From Trichosphaerium sp. ATCC 40318 (taxonomy: Eukaryota > Protista > Tubulinea), in NCBI GenBank assembly GCA_038496445.1, contig JALMLS010000612.1, positions 372,001 to 436,000 of the forward strand: a stretch of 64,000 bases of DNA, in the 5' to 3' direction. The position numbers and the translations under genes are program-made. The notes beneath the pieces are model-generated. The model was not told the origin of the DNA and ran no database searches. It saw only the letters and a list, made by a program, of their open reading frames with translations. Shown here piece after piece: positions 1-14,142 of this stretch (position 1 is the stretch's first letter; every line of letters starts with the position of its first letter).

Positions 1-611
1 CATGGCAGTTACTGACAAAAACAGATTGTAATTCCGATGTTCTGGTGAAAAACCTAGTACTTTATATTAGCTCTTTACACGTGGGTACTATAAACAAAAC
101 GGACAAAGAACTTACCAGTTTGCATCTATTGGTATCAAATCATTAAGGTATCTTGGACAGTCAGTAGATCCTGACCATTTGACAGGGTGAATGTTATCAG
201 AATTGGCAGTTGCTACAAAATGACATTGTTTAACATTTCCATCACAAGTCTTTTGGTTGCCTGAAGAAATCCACCTTTTGTTTTCGCTAAAATCAACTGA
301 CTGCACTTTCGCAGCAATACTGAATCCCTTAATACCCGAATTCTTGATGCTACGGCGATAGTGGCAAACTAGGAGGTCGTTTGAAGGTGCCTCCACCTAG
401 TGAGATTGTTATTATGATATACTCGTCAAAGATCTGTGCGTACCCGGTATAGCCTTGGCATATTGCCGTTTACGAAGTGACCGCTATCTTCTATCACTTT
501 CTTTATTTCGCCGCTTTTGAGACACTTTGTAATAGTAGCAAGGCGTCCATTTGCAAGAGAACATAGGACAATAAGCGTGGTAACACATAGTACATTGATT
601 TTCATTTGCAA
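1..611 (-). CDS. Secreted hypothetical protein, spliced; 3' end probably runs off the window
   Basis: Signal peptide MKINVLCVTTLIVLCSLANG; exons ~430-611 and ~114-396 with GT-AG boundaries (gtaagt donor near 113); Cys-containing, no family recognised. Confidence 0.55.
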
Positions 612-1172
612 CGTTGTTGTTTTGGTTTGCGTTGAGTGAACTTAAGTCTAGCTTCCCAAAAAGAAATTGTTTCTTCTTGAAAAAGTTGTTAAAACGAGTT
701 CAATGAATAAATCTTACTAGGCAAGTTTTTTGTAAACTGCGATACTCGTAGTGTTATCATTATGGTTTAGAAAAAACATTGATTGACGTCACAAGATCGT
801 AACTAATTGATTCTCTGAATATGGTTTTATTAATATGTTTACTACAGTTTGCAACCTGTATTAAGGTTATACTAGTGTAAAGAGTCATAGTTTTTGGCCT
901 CTGGGGGTTTTCATCAAACTGACAATGCGTGAGGTATTCCAACTGTTGAATCAAATCAATTTCAGTACTGGAAAAGGACAACGTGTTGTTTTTGATACAA
1001 ACAACTGGCAAAAATGTACACGTACGCTAAATAGATTGGGTCTTTCGAAAGCATCTATCATAGTTTGCACACTTTATCGTAGGAGAGACAAAGTAAATAG
1101 CCTCCATGGAAAGCGGTAAACATTTCCTTTCAAGATGCTTGAAAACTAAAACCATAGACTGTCAGGTGCATC

Positions 1173-1255
1173 AACCTCGTATTCGGTTTGATTCGCTGTA
1201 GCTAGCACTATTTTTATTCAGACATTTATTCTAGGTTCGAATCCCAGCGAGGGAG
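1173..1255 (+). pseudogene. Degenerate tRNA (Arg-like 3' half)
   Basis: ATTCTAGGTTCGAATCCCAGCGAGGGAG (1228-1255) gives a T-arm/B-box plus acceptor 3' strand resembling eukaryotic tRNA-Arg(ACG); CCTCG at 1175-1179 can pair with CGAGG; D-arm and anticodon arm not recognisable. Confidence 0.3.
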
Positions 1256-1541
1256 AATGCCCTCGGCTTGTCTTGTAGCACTTTGAATTATATACCCAAA
1301 TCTTTTTTCCATTTTTTATTGAGTACCAAACATTTGGTTGTGGCTAGTAAACAAAAATATAGTACTGATTGAGTTGAATACCTACAAACTACACAGTGGT
1401 TGAGAATCTCTTACTGTTTTTACTATCTTTGTTTATTACAAATAAATGTAATTGGCAGCTATGTACCAATTCAACAACTGACTTTTTACCAGTTGGATAA
1501 ATCCCTTTACCTTGCATACACATTACAAAGTTTTATAAATG

Positions 1542-3617
1542 TTAAGCTTTCTTTGGTTTATTATTGCTCACAAGATCCACAAGGAACTTGCTCAAGTTTC
1601 TACCAAGAGCAGCAGATGAAAATCTAGATTCTACACGCTTTCTGGCATTATTTCCCATAGTGCGAGAAAGTTCAGGTTCATTGTAAATACGAAGCATAGC
1701 TTCAAAAAAAGAATCATCTTTTGGTTCACATAAAAATCCAGTTTCTCCATCTACGACTGTCTCAAGGGGACCACCACTATTACAAGCCATTACTGGTTTA
1801 TAAGCAGCACCAGCTTCTATAGGTACAATACCAAAGTGCTCATTTGTTGGTGTATAAAGCTAACAAAAGTTAAAACGTGTTTCCACAGGTGGTGTTTTAG
1901 GTGGCGGCTTTTCTGAACAAATTGCTGATCAATTATGACGTACTACAACATGAGTTTGTGCTAAAAGTCTATTCTTATCATCCTCAGGTACATTTGGCAT
2001 AAAATCGACAAGTGAACTTGAAGCACAGAGTAAGTTTGGTTGGAGGAATTATTCTTGAAAAAAAAAAGTGAACGAACGTGATATCCAATTCCTTCACTAA
2101 CTCCTCAAGTTCTTTCTTGTACTCAACATTCTCCAATAAAGCATCATCATAACCACCAGCTATTACCAACCTTATAGGTCTTTTTGAATGATTCTCACGT
2201 GTTTTAGCTGCAAGAAGACCAAAAGAACGAACTGCGATATCTATTTCTTTTTTTCTTTCAAAACGATTCAGGGAAAAGTACATAACTTCCTCATCACTAA
2301 AGCACTTTGTTAACAAAAGTCTATATAAAAATATTAAGTTATCTTACCTTATATTAAAACCAGAAATACGTCGATCTATCTCTGCTATATTGACAGAAGG
2401 ATACAAAACTTCAGGTTTTTTACTAACTGATGTATTTTTTATAAAAATACTCTGAGTGAATTTGCTGTTGACGAGAATTAAATGAGCCATGCCTATTATC
2501 GTATGTAAGTATATATAATTTTAATAAATACCTAGGGGCTACTAACCTGTAGTAAAATCCTCAACAAAGTCTAGTGGAATACGGTAAAGTTTCTTTAAAA
2601 ATGATTCTCTTTTTGCAAGCAACTTATCAGGAAAATGACAATAAAACAGAACCTACCAAGAAGGTGTCAACGTTATTTAGTATTTAAACCCTCCATTGAA
2701 ATTTGTTATAATTGTACCTTTGTATTTGATAGAAGGAGTATAGGTATAGAGTGAGATATCTGATCAACAAAAATGACATCGAAGCTGTTTAAATAAAAGA
2801 ATAAGCGAAAATGATGATTAACAATGCATACAACCCTATTCGTTCAAACTCTTATTTGGCCCACTTTAAATATATTGTTTTAATAAGCGAAACAAAACGT
2901 AAGGCATATCTGCAGAGGGGCAGGGTAAAAAGTTTGAACGAATAGAAATGTAGGCTCTTATTTTGCAACGAAATAGTGCTCTATTGTTTTGAATATATCA
3001 CGTGAGCACTTTGGTCTAGGCGGTAAGGCAACTTACTTTTGTGAAAGATTGTCTATGACAACAGCGATAGACAAGTACATGAACCGAATTATTGCGCACG
3101 GAAGGTGGAATTTGCCAAAAATATGACGTGGTAGGAATGTGCCACGCACCACTACTTTAATGGTTCCTACAGCGTATTGAGTGGTCTGTTGGGCTCACAG
3201 TGACCCATGCTATTTGATCACATATCGTACCGTCTCGTGTCGCTGGTAAACAGCGTTTAGGGTCATGTCGGTTGGTGTACATTGTAACCTAAGAAAGAGT
3301 CATGCGAAATTATTACATTATTGCTCACCCTGTGCCCGTTATGCTGTACGCCCTTACACGCCTCTACCACGAAGCGTTCAGCACCGCCTAAAGCATTATT
3401 TGAATACAACGGTCGTGTAATCGCCTAAAGTGTACCTATTCCAAGGTCTGGATGAATAAAACACACGTTTAGGCTTTCTATATTGCATTTTAATGACTTT
3501 TCACGTTTTGGTGCAGTACATACTATTAGAAGACGTTCGTGGCTTTCTACTCATTAAAAACATCGCCAGAATCCCAATAAACGCGCCAACACAGCCAATT
3601 ATATACAAAGAAATCAT
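1542..3617 (-). CDS. ALG2: Alpha-1,3/1,6-mannosyltransferase ALG2 (GT4 family), multi-exon
   Basis: N-terminal TM helix, then FIHPDLGIG-GAER, FYCHFPDKLL, SLNRFERKK, GGYD..ENVEY, EHFGIVPIEA, ACNSGGPLETV motifs across exons. Confidence 0.93.
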
Positions 3618-3846
3618 AGCACTCTTAAACCATCACCTTATGCTAGCCAACGTATTTATAGCCACAGATGTGGTAGTACAGAGAATATTATTGAAATAAA
3701 TACATTTTTTTTTTCCTTCACTGCTGACTCATTCCTGACACGTCAACCATAAGGTGACTTAGTTAAATCACGTTGAGTAACGTTAAGGGGTAGTGTGCTT
3801 TGTATACTACGGTAAACAGAATCTTTTGACAGATTTTCATTTTTCT

Positions 3847-4972
3847 TTATGACGCTGTCGCCTCTTTGATTTGTTGTTCTCTCTCGTCTCTCTTAAACTC
3901 CAAGTCTTCTATTACCTTGTAGACAATTTCTGGAGGAGGTGAAGATTGCCTAAGGGAGGGAAGCGAAAGTTAGTAAGATAAGCAAAAAAAAAATAGTTTT
4001 TAACGAACGTATAGGTGGCGTACTGGTCGGTGAGATAAGGCCAACGTGACTCCATCTCTTCCGGGGCTAGAGGTGGTATTGCTTCAGGGTAGATAAGACA
4101 GTTGTGTATCCTAAACAAGAATGATTAAAATGAGAACAAAAAAAATGCTTGTTTTGTCAAACGTGTTCACTTACAAACGGCGCATTTCCCAACTGGCTGG
4201 TCCGGATAGGTTAATAAGTTCGTATGTCAAAAATCTTATGGAGGTACGCAATCCCACCAATGTACCAGCAACAATACATACTAAAATGTGTCAACCTTTG
4301 AGTCAAAGAATAGAAAAACGGAAAGAATGTGACTGACGCCATATTGTAAGAAAGCACAACCTGTTGCGGCTAATATTTCGTTTTTTGAGCTTTTGCGTGT
4401 CACTTGAAATAGAAACCCTGAAAAAGCCTGCTTCGTACTTGGTTTCCATAATATTATTGGTTTAATGTTTTTGTAATGCATTTTAAGCTGTCTTGATCTG
4501 TACTTCCTCCACGCGTAGTTCATTCCCATTCCTACGCCATAGAACGCTCCAGTACCTATTTGAAGTTTAAAGATTCGTTTTGCAAGGGTTTATAGTACCA
4601 CAAAGAGTTATACCAACAAATTTGGCCATAAAGCTGAAAGGTTCGCACCATTCAATTATATCTGGCGTGTGAGAATCAGTAAACTACAAAAGATGAGTTT
4701 AGTGTAAATAATATGCTTTACCTGCATATTTCCGTACAACGATATCAAAGCGTGGTCATCTGTACCATGTTAGTGATGAAACAAGTAATAACACGCGTAC
4801 AGGTTTTAAAAGGTAAAATCCTGCTGTGATCACCAGTAGACATAGCATCAAGCCTAGCGCGCTCTAGTTTAGTCATCGCTTCCGTATAATGTAGAAAATG
4901 TCTAAAAGGGCTATCTGGAGGGCTAGAGCTAGCACCCTCTATTTGTAGCGTAACAGGTTCGTTCTCTGACAT
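3847..4972 (-). CDS. Hypothetical membrane protein, multi-exon
   Basis: Exons joined by GT-AG introns; Gly/Ala-rich hydrophobic segments (GTGAFYGVG, CIVAGTLVGL); ends ...QIKEATAS*. Confidence 0.55.
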
Positions 4973-5049
4973 TTTTAACGCTAATAGACCTGTTGTTGCT
5001 TTTTCTGTACAATTGAATTTTTATTTACAAATTAGTTTTTTTTTTCTAC

Positions 5050-8000
5050 AAGTTTTTTTCTTCATTCTTTTTTGTCCTTGAAGGCGACTTAAAGTTACAA
5101 CTCTTGCTTCTCCTACTTAGTCCAGAGGTGCGTCGCCTAGTTCTGATATTCATTATTATAAAATATTGACAGATGGAGTTGCTTTACCTTTTAAGACCGG
5201 AAACCTTCGGTGAACGTTTTATAGGTGTCAAATCCAACGTTTTACTTTTTTGTAGTAAAGGCTTTGGTTTTGGAAGTCTAATAGTTGTTGGTTGTGCATT
5301 TTGTCTGCGGCGATGTTGATGCCGCGTCCAAGCTGTTTGGATCTATTAAGAGAAAATTAGGAAAAGGCATAAGTGGTTCAACGGTTCAATAAGTCACGTG
5401 ATTTTGCAGGGTTCGCAGCTGACTAGTCAGTTGTTTGTTTTTAACGTGCCTTGTAGTCCTTATTGGGACTATTATCTTTGAATTGCTGTTTAGGTTTGTA
5501 TGATACAAATTGTTCTTTTGGTATTTCTTGCAAGAAACGTGATTCTGCAAGAGAAACACCATCACGGTCTTCTTGAACATAACTTATTGATAATAACTTT
5601 TTAGCTCTAGTTATGCCTACATAGAAAAGTCGTCTCTCTTCTTCATACTGATCAACTTCCTGTGACACAAAAGTTAAGTAAACGGCTGAATTTAACTGAT
5701 ACCGTACATCTGGTGTGTTGTTGTCAGCTTGGCTTGATAGCAAACATATCTTTTCTCCCTTTTTGTATGAGGGTAGATAGCGTTCATTAACATGTACTAT
5801 ACAAACAAGACTCCATTCAAGTCCTTTTGCTTGATGTATAGTTGTTAGAGTTAGTCTGTCTGGAACTTCTTCCTCTTTGTCATAAGAAACATGAGCTAAA
5901 AACCGTTTCAAAACTTCAAGAGCTCTATCTTCCTCTTGCATCGTTTTCTGTCGTTTCATTGGTTGCTCATCAATATCTAAAATCATACGTTAGTGCTAAC
6001 CACGAAAGATAGACGTACCGTCGTCTTCCAACTCTTCACTCTCCTTGTCAGCGTCTCTATTGTTCTGAGCATGTCTAATGAACTCTTCATAAAACGTTTT
6101 AGCTTCTTTGACTAGTCTTTTCAAGTTCTGAATCGCAACAACATCATCACGTGAGTGAGGTTTATTGTTTTGTTTTTCAACATGATCTTCATCCAACTCA
6201 GGTTCAATAAGATCTTGATCGTCGATTCTTAGTAAGGATGTTAGATGGGTTTAAAGGCTTCGCACTCACGTTGCCAAGTTATATTTGCTTGGATTACCAT
6301 CATCACATTGTTTCCATAAATAAGGGTAGTATTTAGAACGCTCTATTGTTGTTTCCATTAATTTATCTAAAGTCTTTTCTTCCAACTCCTTGGTTCTTAA
6401 CTTTGTGATCTAAAAGTAGTCAACTTTTTTGTTGAATTTCTTTCTCTCAAACGTACAAGCATTAGAAGCCTCCTAAGGCCGGCAGTCTTATTCTGTTTAG
6501 ATGCGTTATATTCAACAACTTTACAAGCAGCATCAAATAAGGATAGGCTATGACGTCGAGCAGTTTTCTCTATGGTAGCAAGAGAAGCTTTACCTACACC
6601 TCTAGGTGGCACATTGCATATCCGCCTTTTTATTCTGTTAACGATCATAATTAACAAGCAACGTACCTAAAAGCATTGTCATCACTTGAATCAAGTATGA
6701 GTCTCATATATGCAAGTATGTCGAGTACTTCAGGTTGTAGGTAAAACGAAACAACACCATTTATACCAAAGTGGATTTTCCTAAATTTTTTGAAAATTTG
6801 ATTAATCAACCAAAGAAGTTTGCAAGTTGTTCTGCACATACCTTTGTTTGAGCTGCTGTTGGAATTTTTTACCAATATAATTATTGCGATAAAGTACTGC
6901 CATATCTCCATACTTATAACCCTCTGCATACTTTTCTTGTATAAAGTTTAAAACATTGTTTACCTCACGTGGTCCATTCTTAGCAACAAGACGAACAATC
7001 TTTTGTCCGTCAATGTTATCTGTGAACATTTCTGGTTTAAATCGATTTGTATTATACTTTATAACAGCCATAGCGCTCTTTAAAATCTAAAAAATGTAAG
7101 AAAGAAGGTAACAAGGGAATAACTTGTCATGAATTTCTCTAACCTGTTTTGTGCTTCTGTAATTCTGCGTCAAGTTCACAACAGTACAATCACTGAAAGT
7201 CTCCTTGAATGACTTGAAATTATCTCTACAAGCGCCTCGAAAGCCATATATACTCTATAATATCTTTAGCGTACATTGGTATTTTTAAATAATACGTACT
7301 TGGTCTTCATCACCAACAACAGTGATTTGATTATGACCTCCCAACATTTTTACTAAACGCCATTGAGCTTTTGATGTATCTTGGAACTCATCAACAAGTA
7401 TAACACTGAACAACTTTTGATATCTCTCCTGTAGCTCTGGAAACCTCTCAAATAATTCAACTGTCTTTGTTATAAAATCATTAAAGTCTAAACCTCCTTG
7501 TTCTTGCATCAACTTCTGGTACTTCTGAATTTCGACGAAAAACCAATTAGATTTCAACCAAAGTTTCTGTTGAAAAAAACAAGCAACGAACCTTTACAAC
7601 ATATCTTTGAAACTCCTCTTGTAGTGTATATGGATCCCACATATTAGATTTCACTCGTCTGATAACACTTAGGCAGTAGCGCATAAGTTTTGCTACAACA
7701 GCAGGTTTTGTAGGTAAATTCTGTATCTCTGACACTTGATCACTTGATCCATTAGGTAATAGCTCCTCTGCACATCTACGCATATCTTGCTTCTCTTGCC
7801 ATCTTTTAAATACTTCTTTTAATATTTCTTCTTGCTTCTTTCTTGTAAAAACAGTAAAGTTCTCAAGAGTTTCATCTAAATGTTCTCGATTGATTCGAAG
7901 TGTTTTCAAGCAAAATTGATGAAAAGTATAAATCTGTATATTCTCTTCATTGATGGCCTGGCTCTCTATAGATACATCAATAACAATCACTGATAACTAC

Positions 8001-8682
8001 CTTATACCTGTGCCTCCTTTCATCACTTTAATAAGTCTACGGACGCGATCGCGCATTTCATCGGCAGCTTTTCTGGTAAACGTAACGGCCAAGATTTTTT
8101 GTGGTGGAATTCCAGATTTGATTAAATGTGCAATACGACAGCACAGCATTAGCGTCTTGCCTTTGAACGTATTAAATATAATTACCTTATCTGTAAAGTA
8201 CCTGATCCAGGGCCAGCAACAACCATTAAAGGCTTACTAACTGGAGACAGTACAGCTTTTTTCTGATCTTTGTTTAATGTATAAGGGAGCAACAAGTCAA
8301 CGTCTGGCATTGGTGGCGAAGGCAACGAAGGAACTGTAAACAAAGTCTGGTTTTGCGTTTGATTGGGCGCTAATATATCGACTACAGGTGTTACTTTCGC
8401 TCAGAGAACGCTGACGTATACCTGAAAGTGGTGCTGTTGCAGATAGTGTATTAATTGTAAAATTGACGCTATAAACGCGTCAAATTACATTTACAAGATC
8501 TTGTACCTCGGAAGTGAGCCTGTAGGCGCTGTTTGAAGCAACGAGTCTGTTTTGGTTAAATTACCGGCGTCTTGGCTTGCTTGCTCAGCCTTGTAGGCTC
8601 TAAAGTCCTGTAGTATAGCTTCCAAAAGTTTATCATTCGGTATGTCACTAAGAGACCGAGCAAGCGTGCTGTTATTATCCAT
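5050..8682 (-). CDS. UvrD/PcrA/Srs2-family SF1 DNA helicase (3' end approximate)
   Basis: AGPGSGKT, TFHQFC, DEFQDTS, VGDEDQSIYGFRGA, NYRST, TIHQAKGLEW and EEERRLFYVGITRAK motifs; basic disordered C-tail. Confidence 0.92.
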
Positions 8683-8765
8683 TTAGCCCCTTTGGCATTG
8701 TACTACGCGGTTCGAAGAATCAAAGTCCTTTTTGAGCGCTATTTGAAATAGTTTGACAATGTCAC

Positions 8766-9543
8766 ATGCTGCATTCGATTAAATTGGTGCTTGTGCTTAT
8801 TATATTCATTACTTACGTTGGGTGCCAAGAATATGGTACTGATGCTGCAATATTGTTGGAACCAGATGTGGGTCTTAAAAACCATAGTATACGCTTTGAA
8901 CACACGCGTTTCTACGAAATAGGACATTTAGCACCGTCGTCGTTTTATGAAGTTCGTATTTCGTACCCTGGTACAGTACGCCATTTACAACATCAACCAC
9001 TACGTGTCGCTAACGTTTTGAAGCAACCAGCACATTTCTCTGTAAAAATAATCACTGATGAACTTTATAAACAAACTAGATCACTATTGGATACAGAAAA
9101 AGCAATGTTTACAACTGATAGAGACGGATTGATAAACGTATGTCAAATTACCAATCTATTTTGAAACAATCGATTTAGAGCTTAACATGACTGTACAGGG
9201 TGTTGGTAGCTATTCTAAATGCTTTGTTGAATTAAAGGTCTACAAGTAAGGCTATAATTGACTTTTAAAGCAACTTATTGATTCTCCACGTGCAGAGACG
9301 GTATATCTCACACTGGAGACGTCCTTTCGGAAACAGTGCAATATAACATTGTCTTGGAAACATTATTCTTTGGTGTACCATACGATGTATTAAAAATGGT
9401 TGCTCTCTTTGTGGGTAATATGCATAATACTAAACTTATCACACTGTATTTACTTTTTTGTATTAGTGTTATTCTTTTTTGCAATGGTTGTACCTCAGTT
9501 CTTTCCAAGTGTAATGGCTCTTGTAAAAGTAAAAAAAGAATAG
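8766..9543 (+). CDS. ER type-I membrane protein, Pga1-like (GPI mannosyltransferase II co-factor candidate)
   Basis: Signal peptide; YEVRISYPG..PAHF and YNIVLETLFFGVP motifs recall the Pga1-like family; C-terminal TM helix and KVKKE* (KxKxx ER retrieval signal). Confidence 0.5.
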
Positions 9544-9824
9544 ACACGTGTCATTTTAAAAAAATAAAAAAAAGACTCACGAAAACATAAGAGAAAGGTT
9601 GTTTATGCATAAAAAAGCGCTGATAAATATAATATAACATAATGTCAGAACTACGAAGCGAATTGATTTTCGAAAGTTGCCAAACATTACTTATTTTCAT
9701 GCCTTGGAATCACCGCTTCTTGTCATCCAACATAATTTCTAACTAGTTGCACATTTCTATTTTGAAACGCAGTTAAGTGAGGCAGGTATTGTCCCTACAC
9801 CCCTTTTGACATGCCTGTGTAATC

Positions 9825-12800
9825 ATGTTAAAGTTAAGACGGTTACATACACAATGCTTGCGCCATGCAAGGTTTTATGCCACAACGGCTACAAAATCTC
9901 CAAAACGTACTGTTACGCTGTAATTTACGCGTAAGAAACACGTATACTGAGTACTAGTAGGGAAAAAGAATGTATTAAGCAAAATTCGTAACGTTGGCAT
10001 AATCGCTCATGTAGACGCCGGAAAGACTACCACATCTGAGCGCATGCTGTATTACTCAGGGAAATCAGAATATCTAGGTGGCACGTTGTGTCATTAACCT
10101 TTGTCATTCTAAGTAGCGTAGATGTCGATAAGGGTAATACTGTGATGGATTACATGCAATTAGAGCGCGAACGTGGCATCACTATTAATTCAGCCTGCAT
10201 ATCCTTCAACTGGGCCAAACATAGGTTAGTCACCTTTGCATATATTTTTTACGCTAACGTAACCAAGAATAAACTTGATTGATACTCCTGGACACGTCGA
10301 TTTTACAGTAGAAGTAGAGCGAGCAGTTCGCGTCCTTGACGGCGCTGTAGCAATATTTGATGGTGTTGCAGGTGTTCAAGCACAGAGTGTTACTGTATGG
10401 GAGCAGAGCGAGCGCTACAAAGTATGCACACGTGATTCTAGTTAGATTTGTTTATCGTTTCATTTATTCACTATCAGGTTCCAAGAGTTGCATACGTTAA
10501 TAAGATGGATCGAGAAGGAGCCAGTTTTCGTAAAGCTTGTGAATCAATTGAGCAAAAGCTTGAAGCCAGGCCTTTACCTATTCAGACACCACTTGGTAGT
10601 GGTAAGACGTTGAGAGGTGTAGCTGATTTAGTTACAAAGAAATTGTTGTTCTTTAGTCTTGCTGATCAAGGTAACACTGTAACTGAGGAAGACTTTACAG
10701 ATTTGGACGAGGAAGTACGCACTTAGACTCTAGTTGACAGTACAAAGACATTGTAACCACTTGCTTAGCCACACCAACAACGTAAAAGCCTACTGGAACA
10801 GCTTGCAGAATTGGATGAAGAGTTCATGCAGTTTTGTTGTGAAGGTTAGTTTTGTTTTTACTTGTAAGCCTCTAATAGAACAAAGATGAACAAGGAGATG
10901 ACCCTCCACCAGAGGTTATAAAGGCGGCTCTGAGAAGACTCACTCTTAGCTTGAAAGTCACACCGATCATGTGCGGATCGTCATTCAAGAACCTGGGCAC
11001 GTGATGTTAAGCAACATCACAAAAGCTGATGGTATAAACTAGGTGTACAACCTGTGATGGATTCAATATTAAGCTACCTTCCTTCACCATTGGATGTTCC
11101 ACCTATTGAAGCAATAGACGAAAAACAAAAGACCATAGAAGTAAAAACAGACCCGAAAGCCAAACTAGTAGCTTTGGCATTTAAAGTAGTTCATGATGCT
11201 AAAAGAGGGCTCATTGTGTATTTAAGAATTTACAGTGGTACATTAAAGAATGGTGTACAAAGTATGTTGTAATCTCTCTATCTTGTAACTCTAACGTTAT
11301 ATAGTATATAATGCTACAACACAGGAGAAGGTAAGACCATTGCGGTTGTTAAGAGTACAAGCAGACTCAACAGAAGAGATGAAGTACGTTGCTTTTTTTT
11401 TTTTCTACAGTTTTTGTTTGTCTAAAGTTGCTTTCAGTGAGGTTTCTGCTGGAGATATCTGTGCAGTAGTAAACTTGAAGAGTACAAGTACTGGTGATAC
11501 ACTCACAGAAACACCTAAAGATAAATACATACTTAAGGGTATAAAGCCAGTAAACCCTGTTTTTTTTGCGTCTGTAATGGCTGAATCAACAAAAGATGAA
11601 GACGCTTTAGCTGAAGTACGTTTTAAAAAACCCTAAGTACATCAAAAAACACGTTTAATTCTTGTTCTAAAACTAAAGCAAAGTGAATTGCTGTTTATAA
11701 AAACAAGAAAAAGCGACACTTCTTTCTAATGAAGAAATTACAGGCTTTGGAAAATTTAAAACGTGAAGATCCAAGTATTACAACAAGGCATAATAAGGAA
11801 ACTGATCAGCTTCTTGTTGGCTGTATGGGAGAGCTACATATGGGTACACAATCTTTTCTGTTTCGAACACTATTTCTAAATCTCTACTGTAGAAACTGTC
11901 CTTCATAGATTAAAGACTCATTTCATGGTAAGTTAGAAAGAACACTTATGTTAATCCTCATATTCAATCTTCTACAAACTTGTTTTAAAACTAGAGTTGC
12001 ATTGCGTTTTAGGGATCTTTTTTTATTGACTGCTGTTTAGGTCAAAGCACAACTTTCTCAATTGTATATCGCTTATAAGTCAACTATTAACGCTTCAATA
12101 ACAAAAGAAGTATCACAAGTATACTTAGGTACTTACATCAACAAAGTATGCCTTATTAACTGAACCTTGTGTAGTTGGTGGAAACAAACAAATTGCTGCA
12201 ATGACAATTAACCTCTGTACGTAACATACATATTACTTTAGTAACATCAATGTGATAGCACCTATTGAAGATGATGAGACGGAAAATAAATTCTCAATGA
12301 GCGTACGCTAAATTAAAGTTCTTTTAGAGCATACTGACTGTTTTCTATGTAGAAAGAATTACAAAATACACTTGCAAGTAAAGTTTTTAGTGACTTAGAA
12401 CTCGCTTTACGTGAAGGTATTGAATTTGGACTTCAGTCTGGAGTACCTGCTGGATTTCCTTTAGTAGGTGCATCAGTACAAATATCATCTGTAAACTATG
12501 ATGTACGTCAAACAGAACAAAAAGTGTTGTTTTTCTAATGAGAGTCAAACTTACGTTTCACAGTCGGATACAACAATGCATACTTACCGAAATGCTGCTA
12601 TGCAATCGATCCAACAGATTGCACTTGAAGCTTCGCCTGATATTCTTGAACCTATAATGAGCGTAAGTGTTCGTACTGTAGAGTTGTTTTGTCTTATTGT
12701 TTGTTAGGTTGAAATTACAGTTGATCAAGAGCATCTCGGAACTGTTTTGACTGATGTCTCAACACGGCGACGTGGTGATATTCACGAAACGGCTCATTAT

Positions 12801-13065
12801 GGTAAAGGAAGGCAACGTATTACTGCAGATATACCACTCAAAGAACTATTGGGTACGTCTTAAAAGAAACTTCTTACCTTTTTTTTTTTTGACAAGTAGT
12901 TTTTTTTTCTGATATGACGTTTAAGGATATGCTACACAATTAAGATCTTCTACAAAAGGAGGCGCTGAATTTAGTATGGAATTTTCACATTACGCTAAAG
13001 TTGAAGGAGGCGCTAGGAAGGCTATACTACGAAGTTTTGGCTACCGAGAAGACATGCTTGGATAA
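9825..13065 (+). CDS. GFM2: Mitochondrial elongation factor G2 / ribosome-releasing factor 2
   Basis: Mitochondrial presequence; [74 protein letters not shown] motifs. Confidence 0.88.
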
Positions 13066-13263
13066 AGAAATAACCCCAAAAAAAATCACGTGTAAGAACA
13101 AGTGTATAATAAACTATAATGCCAAGATATTGTTTTGTATTTGTTGTAACAATGACACGTCATGGTCTCAAAGTCAAAAACCGAAGAAAAACAGGCGATG
13201 CTTTCAGTTAATATTCTGAACACTCTTCTTCAAACATATTTCGTTGTACCTGTTAGTTAACAC

Positions 13264-14142
13264 ATGTCATCTCTTGGAAAACTAGTATGGATAACAGGAA
13301 GGTCAGGAGCAGGGAAGACGACTCTTGGCGAGAACTTTAAAAAACTTGACGATTGGGTTCACTTCGACAGTGATATTTGGGTTAATGGTGGTGACCCTCT
13401 TGAAGATAGCGGTCAGATACCCACAAAAGAAATGCTAGAAAAGAAAGATCCAGTCGTAGGATCGATTTACACAGAAATGGTTATGAAAGGTTTTATGGCT
13501 TTATTCAACGATGAGGATCCTGATATTAGCGTTTGGAAGTCTTATCATGTTTGTTTATGCTCCGCTATTATCCAAGTGAGAGAGAAAGTAAAACCTAAAA
13601 ACGTACGCACAGAATTTGTTACCCAACATACTAAACCTTCTCACACTAAACACGTGCGTTTTGGACATTTTTTTTCGTTTTGAAATCAAGAAAACTGCAA
13701 TTTTCTCTTTTTTGTCAAACAGGCTAAGTAGTCAACAAGTCGTTTAGTTTATCTTTGTTTGGCAATTTCAAAATAATTTAACTTGCGGTAGGTTGCAGTT
13801 TCAATGGCGGTTTATCCGAGGAAATTACGGGACTTCTTACGTACTGTACTTCATGATGTTACCTTTATTGTATTGGACACAAATGTACAACTACTAGTTG
13901 ACAGAAAATTCGCCCAAGTAATGGAAGCAGCAAAGAAACAAGGCAAAACTTTGCAACAATTACAAGCTCAGTTTGGCAAAGAAAACGAAACGGAACAGAC
14001 AGTTCGTGCTAGCATGGCTAAAAATTCGAAAGGCTTTGAGCCTGCATGCTCAGATGAACCTAATACAATTGGGGTTTCTGTTAATGAACAAATGACAACT
14101 GATGACGTCTTTAAACACGTGAAAAATGAGCTTAAAATATAA
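13264..14142 (+). CDS. P-loop small-molecule kinase (gluconate/shikimate kinase-like), 2 exons
   Basis: VWITGRSGAGKTTLG Walker A, HFDSD, and LRDFLR lid-region motif; intron ~13603-13791. Confidence 0.7.

Noticed and set aside
5996-7990. Fragmented ORFs as pseudogenes or an alternative genetic code
   Set aside because: Breaks coincide with GT/GC-AG introns, and the standard code gives intact motifs
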